DNA from: Rebecca billardiae RCC1528
Taxonomy: Eukaryota; Protista; Haptophyta
Assembly: GCA_965240325.2 (NCBI GenBank)
Contig: OZ251222.1
Location: forward strand, 2,914,001 to 2,978,000
Direction: 5' to 3'
DNA: 64,000 bases
This document shows, piece by piece, positions 12,333 through 23,667 of this stretch. Made by a program: the position numbers and the translations under genes. Within the stretch, counting starts at the first letter, position 1. Each line of letters begins with the position of its first letter. The notes below the pieces were generated by a model. That model was not told where the DNA came from and made no database searches. It saw nothing but the letters and a program-made list of their open reading frames with translations.

Positions 12333-13194
12333 AGTCGAGCGCACGGCACGCTTGACACGCGTCGCCGCTGGCCGGCGGGCGCCATCGCCTGGCCCCGGCT
12401 TGTTTTCGGCTGCCGAGTGACGGGATGGGCGTGGCGCCCGCGCCGGCTGCGGGCCCTGCGGCACGTCGGCGGCGTGCCGTGGGGTTCGGGCAGCTGGCAT
12501 GCAGCACTTCGCAGTAGCTAAGTGACGAGCCATGGCATGACCCGTTGACCGTGATCCGGGCTCGCGGGTGATTCACATCGGCTCTCAGTCTCACGCCGCG
12601 GTGTCGTGAGGCTGAGGCCGGGCCGAGCCACCGGCTGCATTGCGGCATCGGTGGTGCTAAGTTACCCAGCGTCGCGCAGCGGGTCCGGGTCGGCGGCAGG
12701 GCCACACGTCCCAGGGTGGCATGGTCTTAGACAAGGGAGTCCCTTGGCTTAGCCACTGTTATTTTTAGCGAGAGCGGGACCTCTTCAGAGTTGCGGAGAG
12801 AGCTGAGTCTGAAGAGTCGTCAACCAAGGCCCTTGCGTCAACGTGATCCGGAAAGCCTCCACGGATAAACCGCAGTGAATCCGGACTAAAATCTCCGCCG
12901 CCGGCGAGCGCGCTGATTGGCCAGCCTGAGATCTCAGCCGGTCTGATGACAAATACCGGGCGCAATCACATGTCGAGTTTGCCCCAATAATTGCCGTTTT
13001 CGAGGAAAGGGCATGGAGAGTTCAGATTTTAGATGCGCGAGATCCCAACTGACCGCGGCTTTCCTTCCACGTCCAGCCCCGTTTTGGCGTTTTGGGCGAC
13101 GAAACGGCACCGCTCAAGCCGCTCCTCACCCGGTCCACGCCAAGTCACCTCCCCCCCCCCCTTTGACCAGGCCACCTCCTCCTCCCACAACACC

Positions 13195-13929
13195 ATGTTC
13201 GTCGAACGTGAGCTCCAGCCGTTCTTCGCCGAGGATGCCCCGGCCATCACGCGGTCGGCATCGGCCCCGGCATCCCCCACCGACGCCAAGCTGAACGGCA
13301 AGCGCTCACGCCGGACAAAGAAGAAGACAGACGCGCCTTCCATCTCTCCGCTCGACTCGGCCGGCAAGCCCGCCGAGGCCAAGGAGTCCAGCGTGGCGGC
13401 GGAGCCGTCCGCGACGAGCGGCAAGGCGCAGCAGTCTAAGGTCCAGAAGGGCGCCAAGGCCAAGCCCGCGCAGCCCGAGCAGAACAAAACGGCCACGCCG
13501 AAAACGACAAAGCCCGCCAAGGCGGCAGGCGCCGCGGGCAAGGGCCCAGGCGCAGCTGCGCCAGCAGCGCCGCCGAAGCCGTCGACGCCGAACAAGGCGG
13601 TGTTCGCTGGCGCGGCTTTTGAGCAGTCCCCTGCCCCGAGCAGCCTGCCCAAGCCGCGCTTTGCCGGGAGCCCGCCCGCGGCTGCGGCCGCGCCGCCGGC
13701 AGCCGTCCCCGCGGCACCACTCGGCGCTGCTGCGGGCGATGCCGAGGCGGCACGCGCGCACCTGTGCTCGCTGCTCGGCGTGCAGCCGTCGACGAGCGCG
13801 CCGACGGCCCGCCGCCAGCCCGCTCCGCAGGGCGTCGCACGAGACGTGTCGCCGCACGCGCTCGCGGCCGGCGGCTCGATCACGGCGTCGCAGCAGCTGT
13901 GCTCGATGCTGGGCGTGCGCGCCCACTAG
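13195..13929 (+). CDS. PNRC2/Edc1-like putative mRNA-decapping activator
   Basis: Disordered K/P/A-rich protein with FAGAAFEQSPAPSSLPKPRF, matching the YAGxxF..SPxPxxLPxP PNRC motif. Two C-terminal LCS[LM]LGV helical motifs. Confidence 0.65.
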   Translation: MFVERELQPFFAEDAPAITRSASAPASPTDAKLNGKRSRRTKKKTDAPSISPLDSAGKPAEAKESSVAAEPSATSGKAQQSKVQKGAKAKPAQPEQNKTATPKTTKPAKAAGAAGKGPGAAAPAAPPKPSTPNKAVFAGAAFEQSPAPSSLPKPRFAGSPPAAAAAPPAAVPAAPLGAAAGDAEAARAHLCSLLGVQPSTSAPTARRQPAPQGVARDVSPHALAAGGSITASQQLCSMLGVRAH

Positions 13930-16900
13930 GCGGCACGCAGCCGTGCTCGGCGGGGCCGCGTCGGCGGTGCGCGCGCACGATCTCGTGCGCGTGCGTCGAG
14001 ACGCTCACGCCCCACCGCTCCATCCTGGCCCGCCATCCGGCAACTGATCGCCTGCAAGCCCCACACACGTGGGGCGCGCAGCGCGGGACGCCACCCCACC
14101 CTGTGCGGCCAGACACGGCACGCCGGCGGCTGCACCTGCAGCTCGCAGCGCCGGCGCGACACATCGCGCGAAACCACAGCGCGTCCCGCGCGCTCACGTT
14201 CCACTCGCACCTTTCGTTCTCTTCTTGCTCGCTGCACTCAAGCCAGCCCGCACGCAGCTGCACAGGCGCGCGCACCCTTGCAGGGCGTGCCCCTGTCGGC
14301 TGCGGCTGTGGGCATCACGGCGGCGCTTTTTTTATGAACAGCTGCCGCCGGATCAAGTCCATCTCCTCAGGGCGCTCCTAACGTTTTCCACCTGGAGCCG
14401 TCCGCCCTTACCAACGCCTTCCCCGTGTCTCCACCCAGCCATCTACCATCACTACCCCGCCGACGACGCTCGCGCGCCATCTGGCGCATGCTGCGTCGTC
14501 GGCACTCGCGAGCGCACTCCGCGCGCGCAGGCCGGCGAGACGGAGCGCTCGCGCTCTCGCTCGCTGTCGGCGCACGCCGTGCGCTCGCTGAGCGCAGTGC
14601 TCACTCGGCATCGTCATCGACGTGCTGTCCGACGCTGCTGCTGATGCTCGCTATCCGCAGCAGCGGCGCCTCGCTCCGCTCACGGTCGCGCTGCACGTCA
14701 GCAGCCCCTCCGCTTCCACTCACTACCTGTCACTTCACCTTGTACCACTGCCGAGCTTCTCGCGTGCGCGCCGCCAGTGCTCTCGACCCGCTGGCCGCAG
14801 CGCACACGCGCTGCGGTCTCGGTGACGACGCTCGCTGCTCATGCAGACGCTCGACCTGCTCGGTCTCGCAACTCGAGCAGCTGCACACGGCCCGACGCGA
14901 GCCCCCGAGCTCGCTGAGGCGCTCAGACTTCTGACGACGCCGCTGCTTATCGCGTGCGCTGGTCCAGACATGAATCCTTCACGGATGACACGAGACAAGC
15001 GCACGAGATGACGACGCAGCCTGCCCGTCTCGAGCTGATCTATCAATGATGCTAAGAAACATTTCATTCTGATGATTATATTAGCGCTGGAGTTGCAGCA
15101 GCCCCGGGCCCCGCTGGCGCTGCCCGGGCCACGGCCACTCGGCGCACGCCGCGCACCGCGGGCGCGCACGCCCGGCACGGGCCCCACGGGACCGGCCGGA
15201 CCGCGGGACCGCCCGACCGCCGGACCGCGGGCGCGGGGCGCGGGTCTGAGACTGAGGCCCGGGAGTCGGAACGCCGGGTGCGACTGTCAGGCTCACTCTG
15301 TGAGTCTAGTGCGATGAGCAGTGTCTTGCAAAGTCAACGTGTGCGTCTGTCACCCGCGCCCGCGCGCCCGCGCCGCGCGCGGGCGCGGGCGCGCGGCCGC
15401 GGCCGCGGGCGGGGCGCGGGCGGTGCCCCACTGCCAGCCGCGGCAGGCCCGTGAGGCCGCTGGCCGGGCCGGCGGGGCCGGGGCAGGCCGGCATTGCCCG
15501 CGGCCGCGTGCGGCGTGGCGGCGTGGCCAGCTGCCACCGGGGCTGGGTGCAACCGGTGCGAGCACAGCGCCCATCAGCTGCTCCGTCACCCACCGCCGTC
15601 AGCTGGACGTTGTTTGTACCAGCCGAGCAACTTCCGCGCGCAGCGTGCGCGTGCGCCGGGGATGCCGCCGCGCTCCTGGAAAGAATCGCGGCGGCATCGC
15701 CTGGCGTGCCGCAGCCGCATCTGGGACGCGCAGAATGGGCAGTGGGCACGAACCGTTGAAGGGGCGTGCCACGGTGACGGCCAGGCGGTCGGCCGAGGCG
15801 CAAGTGCCGCGCGCAGTCTGATTCGCAGCGACCGCCCGCAAGATCGCGGCCGCGCCGGCGCCGCTCGGGACCGCGCTCACGCGAGTCAGGCAGCGAGGGG
15901 GGTCCGGCGCGCTCCAGTCCGGTCATGAGCACGAGGATGGAGGCCGCCGCCGCGGCGCTTCCACACGCTCGCTTCCGCCGCGTAGGCGGGCGGTGCCACG
16001 GGCGCGGCCGGCACGGCGCGAGGGCTGGACAGGTCGATCACTGTACAGGCCGCCTCGGCCATCCGGCAGACCAGCACGCGCCTCTCCAGCCCGCCGCCAC
16101 CCCGTCCATCTGCGCACGCGCCGCGCGCTCGCAGTCGACCAGGCGCTGCTCGGGGTGCGCCCGACCACTCTCAGCGCGCGCGCCGTGCTCCAACGCGTGG
16201 CCCAGCGCTCGCAGCGCCGGCTCGCAGCTCAGAGCGCCGCCCTGCGCAATCGTCGCTGCGAGCTTCGTGTGCCGCGGGCGCGGGGCCGACCTGCGACGAT
16301 AAACACGCAGCGCCGCGGGCGCGGGGGCACGCAGATCGGTCAATGGCCTCGGCCGAGCCGAGAGAGCCGTCGGAAGCGGCCGGGCTGATGGGTACGGGGG
16401 ATGGGCGGCTTGGCGCGGCCAACGTTTACTGGCGGCGTCGTCGGGCAGAGGTACGGCCCCATAAAGACTGGCCGATGACGCTCCCATAGCTTTTTCTGAC
16501 GGCCCGAGGTACGAGTGGTCGTTGGCCGCAAAAATATATACACGAAAATAAATATTTTGCCGCGGCCGCTCTGCCGCCGACTTCGCCCGGCCGGTGGCAG
16601 GCGCAGTGGGAGCCCACCACTCGTACCTTCGGCCGTCAGACAGGAGGTCGTCGTGTACCGCCCGCGCGCCACGGCCTCGCACGGCGCGGAGAGGCCGCTC
16701 CAGGGGCGACAGCAGCATGGGCGCGGTCCATCTTGACGGACTCATTGACGCCCTCGAGGGGCCCACAGCGCCGAACGCCCCTGCACGCTTCACCTCGCCG
16801 CGCGCGAGCGCGTTCAAAACGGCCTCCATCCTGAGGTCCGTCCGCGGCCAGGCTCATCGGATGAATCCGATACTACCCAGTACTACCAATTCAAGTAGAG

Positions 16901-17204
16901 CGATTAAGGCGCTTGCAATTGTGTACATATACGCCACGTAGTTAATTGTCATATCATCTTCTGGGTGTTGAAGGGGTATTTCGGGCGCGATTTCCTCGAT
17001 CAGCGACGTCAGTTCGTGGATTGACGTCGGTTCGATGCACTTAGCGGTTCAGCGAATCATGTTTTGCCGGACCCTCTCAAAAATATTCTATGAGTTGCGC
17101 TCTCATAGATCATACATAATGAACGGGTGCCGCCGTGCAGGTCGTCGGGTATCATCTCGCCCGCGGAGAAACAGACAGCGGAGGATACAAAGACACTATG
17201 GATA

Positions 17205-17313
17205 CAGTTCACGAACACCCTTCAATCTCTGGGCTGATACCTTATAATCTCAGGGTTGATACCCTATCATCAGCCCCAGGTATAAGACCAGAGATTGGAG
17301 GGTGCCTGAGCTG
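17205..17313. mobile_element. 109-bp hairpin MITE flanked by TA
   Basis: Left arm CAGTTCACGAACACCCTTCAATCTCTGGGCTGATACCT pairs imperfectly with right arm AGGTATAAGACCAGAGATTGGAGGGTGCCTGAGCTG. TA at 17203-17204 and 17314-17315. Confidence 0.65.
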
Positions 17314-17678
17314 TATGGATAAACTTTCGGCATGTGCGTCTCTTCCCCCTTCTCTACTTACAAACCCGCTGGTCAGAAGGACGCGGACTCGCGCGGAGTT
17401 CGCGACCGCTTTTGGATTCGCCCACCTGAAGAGATGCCCGTTCGTCAGGCGCGTCTGCGCGTGGTTAATTGCTGCACTGGACGTCCGCTGTCACGATGAC
17501 TCGCGACGTCCACGTCGTCGCTGACATCGTGATCGGCGGCGACCAGCGCACCAGCTCCCGCAATCAATTGCCTGGGGACGACCTGCTCCGACACGCTGTG
17601 CAGAGCGCGAAGCGCGCACATTGCAGTGCACACCAGCACAGCACGCGCCGGCCCGCTGCGCATCGTAGCGGGCATCGC

Positions 17679-20600
17679 ATGCCGGCCGCGTTCGTGGGCC
17701 TCGTCGCGCTCGTCGGTGGAGCGGTGGTCACAGAAGCCGCGTTCTCGCGCGCTCCGCTGGGCGCGTCCGAGCCTCGAAATCCGCCCCCGACGCAACGCGA
17801 GAGTGTCGCCTCGCGCGTGCGTGTCGCGCTTCCTCCGTCGATGCGCTTGGTCATGGCGGGACGTGCGCTCGCAGACGTGGGCAACGGGTTGCCGACGTGG
17901 TCAGAGGTGGACGACGACATGCTCAAGTCCTCGTTCATCAGCGTGCCCGGCGATGTCCTCAGCCTCCAGTCGCTCACACCGAGCGCGCGCCCGGCCAAGC
18001 CCGGCGAGCCGGCGGGTTTGTCAGCGCAACTCTCGATGCCTCTCTCGATGCCTCTCTCGATGCCGCTCTCGTTGCCGCCGCTCGTCGTGAGTACCTTCAG
18101 CCTGCCCATCCTCGAACCACTTGAACCACTCGCCTTTGACCTCATGTCCACCGTGCGCCTGGGACCGCCGTTGCCCAGGCCTCCTACGCCCACGCCCGTC
18201 TCGCACATTGGCTCGCACGTCACGTCCTTTGCGCTGTCTGGCACGTCGTTTGGCGGGCTGCCATCGCCAATCGACGTCATGTCCACCGTGCGTCTGGGCC
18301 CGCCGTTGCCCAGGCCTCATACGCCCACGCCCGTCTCGCACATTGGCTCGCACGTCACGTCCTTTGCGCTGTCTGGCACGTCGTTTGGCGGGCTGCCATC
18401 GCCAATCGACGTCATGTCCACCGTGCGTCTGGGCCCGCCGTTGCCCAGGCCTCCTACACCCACGCCCGTCTCGCACATTGGCTCGCACGTCACGTCCTTT
18501 GCGCTGTCTGCGCCGACATCGCTGCCCGCAATGCTGGGCACATCGTTTGGCGGGCTGCTCAACCCGCCGGCGCCGCCATCGCCGCCGGCGCCGCCAGCAG
18601 TGCCCGCGGTGCGCGTACCGCCGTTCGCGCCGCCGCCGCCATCGCCGCGCGCGCCGCCGCCGCCGCCACCATCGCCGCCCGTACCGCCATCGCCGCAGAG
18701 CTTGTGGCCGTTCGCGGCGACTGCGTATGACGGCTACCTCTCGGGCTGCGCGCTCGGCCTCGACCTCGACGGCGACGGCGTGCCGGGCGGCGAGAACGCA
18801 TCAGAGCTGCTCGCAACCACGGACGTGCGAGGCCGCGCCGATCTGCGCTCGGAGGCCGAGGCGCGCGGGCTGAGCGCAGCGCGCGTGGGCACCGTACTGA
18901 GTGCCGCTGCCGCCGCGCCAATCGTGCCGAACGCGGTTGCCACCTCGCCGTCGGCAGCGGCGGCTGCGCGCGGCGCGCCGCTGCTGATACTCTCGCCCGA
19001 CGGATCGTCCTGCATTGACGTGTACACGGGCCTCGAGCACAGCGCTGAGCTGTACGCACCCGCGGCCGTCGGCCGAGAGCACGTCCTCGTCTCGTCTCTG
19101 TCCACGCTGCTCGTCCTCGTGCGTGCGCTTGACGCTGCCGCTGCCGCCGCTTCCGCCGCCGACGCGGGCGACATGGAGGCGGCGCTCGCGCCGGGCGCGG
19201 CAGTGCCGCGCGCCGAGGACGGCGAGGTGGAAGCAGAGGCGCTCTCGCGCCTCGGCGCGCGCCTAGCCACGTGGTACGGCTGGCCCACGACGACCAGTGG
19301 CGGCGGCGACGCTGAGGGCGCCGACGCAGCGTGGGCCACCCTGGACCAAGACCCTCTCGCGGCCATCTGGCGCGCTGACGCCAACATGGAGGCGGCCGTG
19401 GCCGTGCTCTACTCGGCGACAGAGCTCGTCGTGCTCGGCGCCATTCTCGACGCCCTCTTCCCGCCGCCGACGAGCGATGGCGGCGCCTCCACGCTCGTCG
19501 CGCCCGGCACGCCCACAATGCGCTCAGCCCTCGATTCCAGAGAGCGCTCGCAGTGGGTGCTGGCGCAGTGGGCGCGCGCGCACATGGCGAACGCGTCAGC
19601 AAGCGCGCCCGACCTGACGAGCTCGGACGAGGCCACCTCGTGGCTGTACGAGGTCGGCACCCTCTCGCCGCTGGGCTCGTCGCCGAACGCGAGCGCGCTC
19701 CTCGGCGTCACGCCGCTGGTCAACGCCGTTGGTGCCGCGATCTCCACCGGCCTCACGGCGCTCTCGACTGCGCTGGCCGAGCTGCGCGACGGATTGGGCG
19801 CGGTGTCGACGTCGTCGACATCGTCTGGATCGCACGTAGCACGCGGACGGCGGCGGCTCGCGCGCAGCGGCCACCGCCAGCTGCAGGATACGAGCAGCCT
19901 GCTTGCCGCGGTAGCGCAAGTGCAGCGTGCGCTCCAAGGATCCCTGCAGAGTGCTGTCAAGGCCGTCGCCGCCGCCGCGGCAAAGGATGTGGCCAGTGGC
20001 GGCGACGGCGGTGGTGCCGGCGTGAGTGCTCAACTCGCAGACCTCGTGAGCAACTTTGGCTCGAGCGATGGCCTCGCCGCCATCATTGCAGAGCAGGTGG
20101 TGCCCCCCATCGCCTCGCCCTTTCTATCGCCGCCGCCGCCGCCGTCGCCACCCCCTGGCGCGGCAGGGGGCGCCACCGGCGGCGAGAGCAACACTGGCGG
20201 TGGCAGCGGCGGCGGTGGCGACGATGACGACGACGATGGCAGCGACCCATCGGGCGATACTCAGGCGACCGCCGCGCAGGCGGACGAGGCGCTCGTGGCT
20301 GGTCTGTCAGCAGGCGGCGCAGCGCTGCTGTGCTGCTGCGTCGGCGCTGCCGTTTACGCGTACATGCGCGCACGGAACAAGCCAGCCGACGGCTCGAGAC
20401 CCAGCGGCCAGGGCGAAGGCGATGGGCGATGGTGGCTGCCAAGAAGGACCCCCGCGCGCACACCGCCCGGCGGGATTGGCCCGCGAGCGTCGACTCCTCC
20501 CGCTGCATACGCGGTGGTGGAGATCGAGGGGCGCGAGGGCGTCGAGCAGCACGGCCGAGCCGACGCGACAGAGGTGGGTCGCGACGCGGAGCCTGCGCGT

Positions 20601-20858
20601 GCTGGATCGGACGGCGGCGGCGGCGCAGGAGGGGGAGTCGGCGATGACGTCGCAGCAGCAGCGGCGCTGCCAACTCCGCGAGGCCCGCCACCGTCGAATG
20701 AGGACTCGACTCCGAGGCCGTCCGTGCCGCAGCTACCACCACCGCGCGCAGGGCGCGTGATCGCCACGCCGCGTGGCGCCGCCGAGCCAGAAGTTTCAGA
20801 TGCGGCCGCGGCTGGTGGTGCCAGCAGCACCGGCAACACGACTCCTTTAGTCGCATGA
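17679..20858 (+). CDS. Type I membrane/cell-surface protein, Pro-rich
   Basis: Signal peptide MPAAFVGLVALVGGAVVTEA; internal 45-aa repeats; poly-Pro tracts; a YDGYLSGC.LGLDLDGDG motif; C-terminal TM helix LVAGLSAGGAALLCCCVGAAVYAYM followed by basic residues. Confidence 0.75.
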   Translation: MPAAFVGLVALVGGAVVTEAAFSRAPLGASEPRNPPPTQRESVASRVRVALPPSMRLVMAGRALADVGNGLPTWSEVDDDMLKSSFISVPGDVLSLQSLTPSARPAKPGEPAGLSAQLSMPLSMPLSMPLSLPPLVVSTFSLPILEPLEPLAFDLMSTVRLGPPLPRPPTPTPVSHIGSHVTSFALSGTSFGGLPSPIDVMSTVRLGPPLPRPHTPTPVSHIGSHVTSFALSGTSFGGLPSPIDVMSTVRLGPPLPRPPTPTPVSHIGSHVTSFALSAPTSLPAMLGTSFGGLLNPPAPPSPPAPPAVPAVRVPPFAPPPPSPRAPPPPPPSPPVPPSPQSLWPFAATAYDGYLSGCALGLDLDGDGVPGGENASELLATTDVRGRADLRSEAEARGLSAARVGTVLSAAAAAPIVPNAVATSPSAAAAARGAPLLILSPDGSSCIDVYTGLEHSAELYAPAAVGREHVLVSSLSTLLVLVRALDAAAAAASAADAGDMEAALAPGAAVPRAEDGEVEAEALSRLGARLATWYGWPTTTSGGGDAEGADAAWATLDQDPLAAIWRADANMEAAVAVLYSATELVVLGAILDALFPPPTSDGGASTLVAPGTPTMRSALDSRERSQWVLAQWARAHMANASASAPDLTSSDEATSWLYEVGTLSPLGSSPNASALLGVTPLVNAVGAAISTGLTALSTALAELRDGLGAVSTSSTSSGSHVARGRRRLARSGHRQLQDTSSLLAAVAQVQRALQGSLQSAVKAVAAAAAKDVASGGDGGGAGVSAQLADLVSNFGSSDGLAAIIAEQVVPPIASPFLSPPPPPSPPPGAAGGATGGESNTGGGSGGGGDDDDDDGSDPSGDTQATAAQADEALVAGLSAGGAALLCCCVGAAVYAYMRARNKPADGSRPSGQGEGDGRWWLPRRTPARTPPGGIGPRASTPPAAYAVVEIEGREGVEQHGRADATEVGRDAEPARAGSDGGGGAGGGVGDDVAAAAALPTPRGPPPSNEDSTPRPSVPQLPPPRAGRVIATPRGAAEPEVSDAAAAGGASSTGNTTPLVA
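18138..18556 (+). repeat. 135-bp coding tandem repeat, about 3 copies
   Basis: DVMSTVRLGPPLPRPPTPTPVSHIGSHVTSFALSGTSFGGLPSPI repeated with near-identical DNA. Confidence 0.9.
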
Positions 20859-20932
20859 CGAGTGTAGTATGATATGATGATGACGATCGAGAACAAATAA
20901 TAATGATATGATGCGCGACTACGCGACGCGAT

Positions 20933-20934
<2 letters not shown>

Positions 20935-21001
<67 letters not shown>
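20935..21001. repeat. (TA)n microsatellite
   Basis: Direct observation. Confidence 0.95.
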
Positions 21002-21005
<4 letters not shown>

Positions 21006-21215
21006 GTAATACTGTAATCGGCGCGCGCGCAGATCTAGACAGTATAGTTCCGAGTCCGTATGACTCACTCAGTGACTCTACCGTAGAGCGCGTGCCGGCA
21101 GCCGCCGCATAAATTTATAATATATATATATATATAAGTGCGCTGATGCTGATGAAGTATGTCGTCGTGACCGCGCCGCGTTCTGCGCGGGACTGCTCCT
21201 TTTCGTCATCCGCCG

Positions 21216-21217
<2 letters not shown>

Positions 21218-21251
<34 letters not shown>

Positions 21252-21330
21252 GAGAGAGAGAGCCAGAGTCAGAGAGAGAGAGAGAGAGAGAGAGTAGAGA
21301 CGAGAGAGACGGACGAGAGAGAGAGAGAGT
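21218..21330. repeat. (GA)n microsatellite, imperfect
   Basis: Direct observation. Confidence 0.9.
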
Positions 21331-21662
21331 AGCACGCAGCTTATAAGTTATATATCGATTAATCGAACTGACGATGAAGCCTGGTCACTACAGTACCGGT
21401 CCAGTTTCGCGGGGCCCGCCGGTGGCAGTGCACCCTCCGTCGCAGTCGTCTATTGGCGACCAGTTGCATGCTCGTAAGCTTGTATTATAAAGTCTAGCAC
21501 ATCTGCAGCGCAGCCGGGCATCAACGGTCCGCAGCACGCGACCGAGCAGTGAGTCGCGACCAGTCCTCGGGTCCAAGGTCCACCGCACCGCCCCTGGTAT
21601 CAGGTGGCGCATGGGCACACTGACTGCTGACCCTGCAACTCCGCGGCGGCTCGCCGGGTGCC

Positions 21663-23232
21663 TTAGCTGCCAAGATCGATGGCAGCCGAGACCGGCTTGC
21701 CGTTCGTCGTGTTGCAGCGAGCGAACACCTCGCTGATGCGGTCCAGCGCGTCGTTGAGCTGGTCCTCGGTGATGACCAGCGGTGGCGCGAAGCGGATGAT
21801 GTGCTCGTGCGTCGGTTTGGCGAGTACGCCAGCCTCGGCGAGGCGCGTGCACACCTGCATCGCGCTCACCGAGTGCGCCTTGTCGATCACGATCGCGTTG
21901 AGAAGCCCGCGGCCGCGCACCTTCTCCACCCACGGGTGGCGCGCCTCGAGCTCGCCGCAGCGCGCGCGGAAGATCTTGCCGAGCGCCTCGGCGCGCTCCG
22001 CCAGGTTCTCATCGCGGATCACGCTGAGAGCCTCGACTGCCACGCGGCACGCCAGCGGGTTCCCGCCGTACGTCGAGCCGTGCGTCCCAGGCGTGATCAC
22101 AGACATGATGTGCTCGTCGGCGAGCACCGCAGACACCGGCACCACGCCGCCAGACAGCGCCTTGCCCAGCACGAGGACGTCCGGGCGCACGTTCTCGTGG
22201 TCGCAGCAGAGCAGCTTGCCCGTGCGGCCGAGACCCGTCTGGATCTCGTCGGCGATGAAGAGCACCCCGTGCTTCGCGCAGAGTGCCCTGCACTGCGACA
22301 AGTAGCCTGCAGCCGAGCGGGCCGCGCGATGGGCCGTGGCAGCGGGTGGGCGGCGCCGACGGTGAGGAGACCGGGGCACGCGCACGTCCGGTCGCGAGCG
22401 GGCGCAGCGCGCGCGCACCGTCGGCCGGCACGACCACGCCCGCCTCGCCCTGGATCGGCTCGACGTAGAAGGCGGCGATGTTCGGGTCCTTCTCGAGCTG
22501 CGCGCGCAGGGCGTCCACGTCGTCGTACGGGATCAGCTCAAAGCCCGGCGTGAACGGGCCGTAGTGCTGGTAGCAGTCCGGGTCGGTGGACGAGCTGCAC
22601 GCGGCGATGGACCTGCCCCAGAAGTTGGCACGCGCCATCAGCACCTTCGCGCGGTTCGCGGCCACGCCCTTCTTCACGTACGCCCACTTGCGCGCAATCT
22701 TGATCGCCGTCTCGGCCGCCTCGACGCCCGAGTTCATCGGCAGCACCTTGTCGTAGCCGAAGTACGCGGTGATGAAGCGCGCGAACTCGCCGAGCTGGTC
22801 GTTGTAGAACGCGCGCGACGTGAGCGTGAGCGTCTTCGCCTGGTCGATCAGCGCGCCCACGATGCGCGGGTGCGAGTGCCCCTGGTTGACAGCCGAGTAC
22901 GCGGAGAGAAAATCGTAGTACTTCTTGCCGGAGACGTCCCACACGCACGCGCCTTCCCCGCGCGACAGCACCACGGGGAGTGGGTGGTAGTTGTGTGCGC
23001 CGTACCGGTCCTCGAGCTCCATCAGCCGCTTCGCCGCGCACGTCCCCGACAACGGCTCTGCGCCCAGCTGCTCGCGCGAAAGCAGGCATGCGGCCGCGAC
23101 CGTGGCGACGATCATGCTCAGGAGGAATAGAGAGAGCAGGATCGGCGCATCGAGGGTGGGTGCGGGGACCTCGGGGGCCTTCGAGCGAGCACCCAGCGCT
23201 GCGAGCTGGAGCGCGATGCCCACGAGCGCCAT
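21663..23232 (-). CDS. OAT: Ornithine aminotransferase (class III PLP enzyme), 2 exons
   Basis: Motifs [68 protein letters not shown] and IRFAPPL. Intron 22418-22307 (GT-AG) restores ADG|YL. Start codon uncertain. Confidence 0.93.
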
Positions 23233-23667
23233 GGGTGGCGGAGGAAGGCGACGCGCGCAGTGTCCTCGGTTCGGCAAACGTCAGCGCGACGAAGCGGGCC
23301 GACGCGACCGGTGGGCAGGGGAGGATTTCGTCGCAACAAAAAACTCTTGCAGAGAAAACTCATCGTTGTCAGCAGCGCATCATTTCGTGTCATCTCGACG
23401 CCGGACGCGAGCGAATTTCACCGGAATAGCAAGGTCTGCAAGCGGCCGTAAGCCCGGAACGGACGCCGGAGTGAGTGGCGGCCGATTTACTACCCAGGGA
23501 TTGTGCTGCCTGGCCAACCATGATCTGCATACTAGTATGCTGATTGTAGCCATCCGACGGAGCCGTCAGAGTCACGACATCATCTGCGAGAGCGCAGCAG
23601 ATGGGCCGTGTCGCACAGTAAGCACAAGCACTAGCAGTCGGAAAACACTCGGACGGACACGAGCGTT

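Noticed and set aside
14900-17000. Possible gene or element between the PNRC-like and membrane-protein genes
   Set aside because: Only short patchy coding-like pieces; no paired termini or recognisable domain found.
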